Below are positions 60,100 to 64,000 of a DNA stretch of 64,000 bases, piece by piece; the stretch's first letter is position 1; every line of letters begins with the position of its first letter. Made by a program: the position numbers and the translations under genes. Source of the DNA: Novakomyces olei. Taxonomy: Eukaryota. The stretch is taken from NCBI GenBank assembly GCA_016906335.1, contig JADEYG010000003.1, forward strand, positions 1,302,001 through 1,366,000. The letters are read 5' to 3'. Below the pieces are notes generated by a model. The model saw only the letters and a list, made by a program, of their open reading frames with translations. It was not told where the DNA came from and did no database searches.

Positions 60100-60422
60100 G
60101 TTATAACTCTTTAGATTAATTGAATCTACTCTTAAACTATGGAAAACCTTGTCCTTTTATAGACTTCAAGGCTCAGCTCTTATCTCAGAGATAGGATCAA
60201 GACTTTCCTATCAATTAGTAATCAGATAGGATCAGAAGTAACCGATCAATTAGTAATCACCTTATCATTGATAGGTTACAGATACCCGATCAGTGGCGTG
60301 ATTTAATGATTAGTAATTAAATATTCCTCCAAATCGGTTAAATTCCGTATTTGGAGTGAATTAATTTAATTTAATTATGTCATTTTAAATTTAAATTTTA
60401 CTATCTACACTATGGCCTAACA
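60076..60422 (-). repeat. Element A 5' LTR
   Basis: Direct repeat of 47919-48265; TATAAAAG on the minus strand at ~60154-60161. Confidence 0.95.
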
Positions 60423-60689
60423 ACAAGTGTAGAAATTTAATTTGGCTTGTTGTAGAGAATAGTGTTGTATCTCCTTTTAGCTACTTTTCTAAGTCTACTG
60501 ACGCTGTACTATATAGTTTCTTTGGTTCCAGCCACCGAGTTACACTTTGGTAGCGCAAGCCTCTTTGTACTCAGTTCCAGCCACTCCAGCCACTCCAGCC
60601 ACTCCAGCCACTCCAGCCACTCCTCCTCTTTTCTGTAGCCAGCCTTCCTGTTCTTTTTCTGTGACGTCCAAGCTTGACATATTCCTATA
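60423..60689 (-). repeat. Probable copia C 3' LTR (5' part; remainder at ~47838-47913 beyond element A)
   Basis: Starts TATAGGAATA right after the PPT; contains five GGAGTGGCT 9-mers and a TATA-like CTATATAG. No second copy in the window. Confidence 0.55.
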
Positions 60690-62472
60690 CTCCCTCTCAA
60701 GCTTGTTGTCGTCACTTTCACGTGTTTCGCCTTTAAGTATCTTTTGTTGTAGGTAGTTAAATATTTTTTTTGCACAAGGGCTTTGTAAGTATATCCGCCA
60801 CTTGTTCTTTTGTGGAAACATAGTCCATAATAATTCTGCCCTTCTCAGTAAGGTCCCGTAAAAACATGAAGCGCACATCCAGGTGTTTTAAGCGTCTCAT
60901 AGGGCTCGCTTTGTGTGATACGTAAATTGCGCTGTTATTGTCCGAGCACACTCTTAGGGGGTGGTCCAGGTTAAGTATTTTTTTGACCAGATTTTTTATT
61001 CCCAGTCCCGTTACAATTGCAGAGCACGCACTGACATATTCTGCTTCGCATGTTGATAATGCAATAATTTTTTGTTTTGAGGAACTCCAGTGAATTAGCG
61101 ATGTTCCTAAAAACATTGCCATTCCTGATGTGGAGTGTCTGTCAGATGCTTCGCTAGCGTAATCGGCGTCACAGTAAATCGTAAGGGTGCAAGGGACAGT
61201 GTTGCTTTGGTATTCGATTCCAAGTTCCTTCGTGTCTCTTAAGTAAGTTGTAATTTGTTTAATTAGTTCCAGACATTCGGTAGTTGGGTTTTCTTGAAAT
61301 CTTGCAGCGTGGGATACGGCAAATGCTATGTCTGGTCTTGTGCATCTGCTTATCCATAGTAGCATTCCAACGCATTTTCGGTATTCCGTCTGCTCAATCG
61401 GTTTTCCATTTAACACAACGTAATTTTTAATTGGCGTCTTTTTTCTTGGTGTATCTTGACAGTTAATTTCTTTTACTGCCTTTGAAATGGCAGCTTTTTG
61501 GGTAATTTTCATGTTGCCGATTTTTCTGTCATAACTGAATTCCATACCAAGGAATTGGTGAATTTGTCCAAGGTCATTAATTTTAAAAGCCTGCCCGAGT
61601 TTTGTTTTCGTGTTATCGATTTCGTACATTTCTTCACCAATAATAATTATATCGTCAACATAAATTAACAAAAACGAATTTCGTTTTGCATTGTGTAAAA
61701 TGCAGTTTTCTGTTGTGGATTCCAAAAATCCTAAAGCTGATAATGTTGTAAATAATTTTTTGTACCAGCATCTCGGGGCCTGCTTTAGTCCATAAAGTGA
61801 CCGTAGTAGTTTGCAAACTCTTCCGGTTCCATCATCAAAGCCTTCGGGCTGTCTCATAAAGACACATTCTTCCAGGTCTCCATTTAGAAACGCCGTTGTT
61901 ACGTCCATTTGATGGATATGCCATTTCTTTGAAACGGCAAAGGCAAGAAGTGTGCGTAGTGATTCAAGGGCCATAGTTGGTGCGTAAGTTGCCTGATAAT
62001 CAATACCCTCGCGTTGCGAAAATCCCTTTGCAACCAGCCTTGCTCTATATCGTTCAACTTCTCCTTGATTATTGGCTTTCGCTTTAAAAACCCACCGGTT
62101 TCCAATTATATCAGCTCCCTCTGGAGCATGTACCAATTTCCACGCATTGTTTTCCTTCATTGCATTTAATTCAGTCTCCATAGCCTCTTCCCATTCCCGA
62201 GCGTGCAAACTGTTGCGCGCCTGCTTTGTATTGTTTGGCTCTATAATTTCATTTATTGCCACATGCGCTCTATCATAAATTCCTGGAGCATGACGAATTC
62301 TGGTTGAGCGTCTGATTCCGTCGTTTGAAATGGTTGTTCCTAATTCTTGTGTATCATTCTGCTGCTGTGTTTCGTGATTGTCCTGATTTTCGTCCTCTAG
62401 TATATCGTCATTAACATTAATTGAGTCAGTCGTGTCTTGAAAAAATTGCTCCGAGTCTTTTGACGTGCCATC
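60690..62472 (-). mobile_element. Element C: Ty1/copia RT-RNaseH 3' portion, truncated by element D
   Basis: RYRARLVAKGFSQREGIDY, HQMDVTTAFLNG, SLYGLKQAPR, YVDD, YCDAD, STCEAEY, ADILTKP; PPT GAGAGGGAG at 60698-60690. Confidence 0.93.
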
Positions 62473-64000
62473 TGATGAGGTGATACATTCTATACATCGG
62501 AACAAAGTTTTGAAGATACTCTAGAAAATATGTGTCATATCAATATGACATAATTCCGTTTTCATCGGAGATAATCCGTTCGATTGCGGATTATTTCCAA
62601 TTCCGGAATTTTAGTTAGCCACTTTGTGGCTTAGACAGTCTTTTCCGTAGTTGTTTCTATTTTTAGTTATAGTTAGTTAGTTCCAGCAAGGATAAAAGGA
62701 GGCCCGTTCGCACTTTTATCCGACGCTGATTATCGACCGTGTTGACCGTGTAAACCGTTTTAAGTACTATTACCTTCCATTTGGCTTCCCACCACAGTTG
62801 CCGTGAAAGCAACACAGCCGTACCCAAACCAAACAAAGAAAAACACAACAGTATAATCAGCCCACGTTGTGGTGCCGAGCCGTTCGTCATGGAAGGTGTC
62901 GACATGAATCGTCTGAACCAATTTGTTGAGGAAACAACAGCGAAGTTACAGCTACTGGAGCATGAGAACATGATGCTGAAGGTCAAATTGGAAAACGATC
63001 AGGAGAGTCGACATGCGACGTTCAACCGGGAGCCCAAGTTAGCCCCGCCACCTTTGTTTTTTGGCGAGAGAGCTAAGGCTCGTGAATTTATCACCCAAGT
63101 GAAAATGATAACCGACGCACTACCCTCGAGATACGGATCGGACCGCCAGAAGGTCACGTTTGCAGCAACCTATTTGCGAGGAACCGCGTTCAGGTGGATT
63201 GAGCCTCACATCCTAGGGGAAAACGAAGGAATACTCAACGATTTTGAGACGTTTTGTGATTCATTCCTACAGATGTTTGGTGATCGAGATATTAGAAAGC
63301 AGGCGCAGAAGCAAATTCGCAATCTGAAGCAGTCTGGAGCTGTTGCTCAGTACGCAGCCGAGTTTGACAGACTCAGAGCGAACTTTAGCTGGAACGAAGA
63401 AGCGTTGATTTCGCAGTACTACGAGGGCCTTAGCGACAGGCTTAAGGACGAATTGGCAAGAACGACAGAGCCTAGTACCTTGCGAGAGATGATCGAGATG
63501 ACGATCAGTATTGATAATCGTCTATTTGAGAGACGTAAAGAGAGACAGAGAACAAGTTACGAACCGAGAACGTATTATGAGCCGAGATTTACGGGCAGAA
63601 GTAACCAGACGACTGCACCGATGGAAATTGATTTGGCGGTTGCCGGTGCCAGAGGAGCAGGCAGACCCGCAAGAGAGTACAAGACGAATGACAGAGAGCA
63701 CAAGACGAATTACAGAGACGCGAGAGACGCGAGAGAAAGAGAGAGAAGTCACGACAACAGAAACGTACAGTGTTATAATTGCCAGAAGAAAGGGCATATT
63801 GCAAAAGAGTGCAAAGAAAAGAGAATTCCGTTTGTAAGCCGTCAAGCTGCAATGACGACGAACGATTTGAGCGACGACTCGGGAAAAGATTTCGCCTAGA
63901 GAAAGAAGTGGTTTCTCTAGGACAAGCTGAATTAAAAGCCACTGAAAGACGACGAGATACTGGAGTGAGACATTTGGAGACGGACGTCCAAATAAATGGG
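62473..64000 (+). mobile_element. Element D: Ty3/gypsy retrotransposon 5' part (LTR ~62473-62850, gag, start of pol)
   Basis: LTR ends CAACA at 62850, followed by a PBS complementary to an LTR-internal 9-mer; gag and a frameshift signal follow. The LTR left edge is uncertain. Confidence 0.85.
62889..63899 (+). CDS. Element D Gag
   Basis: KVTFAATYLRGTAFRW, LKQSGAVAQY, YYEGLSD, APMEID, CYNCQKKGHIAKEC. Confidence 0.92.
   Translation: MEGVDMNRLNQFVEETTAKLQLLEHENMMLKVKLENDQESRHATFNREPKLAPPPLFFGERAKAREFITQVKMITDALPSRYGSDRQKVTFAATYLRGTAFRWIEPHILGENEGILNDFETFCDSFLQMFGDRDIRKQAQKQIRNLKQSGAVAQYAAEFDRLRANFSWNEEALISQYYEGLSDRLKDELARTTEPSTLREMIEMTISIDNRLFERRKERQRTSYEPRTYYEPRFTGRSNQTTAPMEIDLAVAGARGAGRPAREYKTNDREHKTNYRDARDARERERSHDNRNVQCYNCQKKGHIAKECKEKRIPFVSRQAAMTTNDLSDDSGKDFA

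Larger units (their letters stand above)
47919..60422 (-). mobile_element. Element A: Ty3/gypsy chromovirus-like LTR retrotransposon with extra 5' ORF, interrupted by element B
   Basis: 347-bp LTRs TG..CA (47919-48265 and 60076-60422) that read identical by eye. TSD ACAAG at 47914-47918 and 60423-60427; PPT just inside the left LTR; gag-PR-RT-RH-IN-chromo order. Confidence 0.95.

Noticed and set aside
60509-60775. ORFs with WLEWLE / GVAGVA / PATPAT repeats
   Set aside because: Translations of the 9-bp tandem repeat in the putative copia LTR.

Overview
Intron-rich fungal genomic DNA (GT-AG introns with CTAAC-type branch points). The gene set suggests an ascomycete, possibly early-diverging/Taphrinomycotina-like (inference only). 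Positions 1-46.3 kb are gene-dense: OCRL-like 5-phosphatase (3' part), UBC1, GSH2, RPT2, CLA4/Shk2-type PAK, DHA1 MFS, Zrg17-like CDF, HSBP1-like, ADE1, Irs4/Tax4-like EH protein, DNA ligase IV, RPN7, MRT4, MDM10, Spf31 J-protein, a Zn2Cys6 TF, an N-terminally minimal peroxisomal Lon and a Slm1-like BAR-PH protein. From ~47.8 kb to the end is a nest of four LTR retrotransposons. A Ty1/copia element (C) is hit by chromo-Ty3/gypsy element A (47919-60422, TSD ACAAG), A is hit by chromo-Ty3/gypsy element B (48529-55262, TSD TCTCT), and gypsy element D interrupts C at ~62.47 kb. The most striking observation is in element A. It carries an extra Met-free ORF upstream of gag, inside an ~870-nt leader with no ATG in any frame. 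A 49-nt canonical intron spanning the 5'LTR/PBS junction would create this ORF's ATG at the splice junction (A|TG). That suggests a splicing switch between a replication-competent gag-pol RNA and an accessory-protein mRNA. B and D show Tf1-type self-priming and GGGAAAA + pseudoknot -1 frameshift signals. All gene models were built by eye; no database searches were run.
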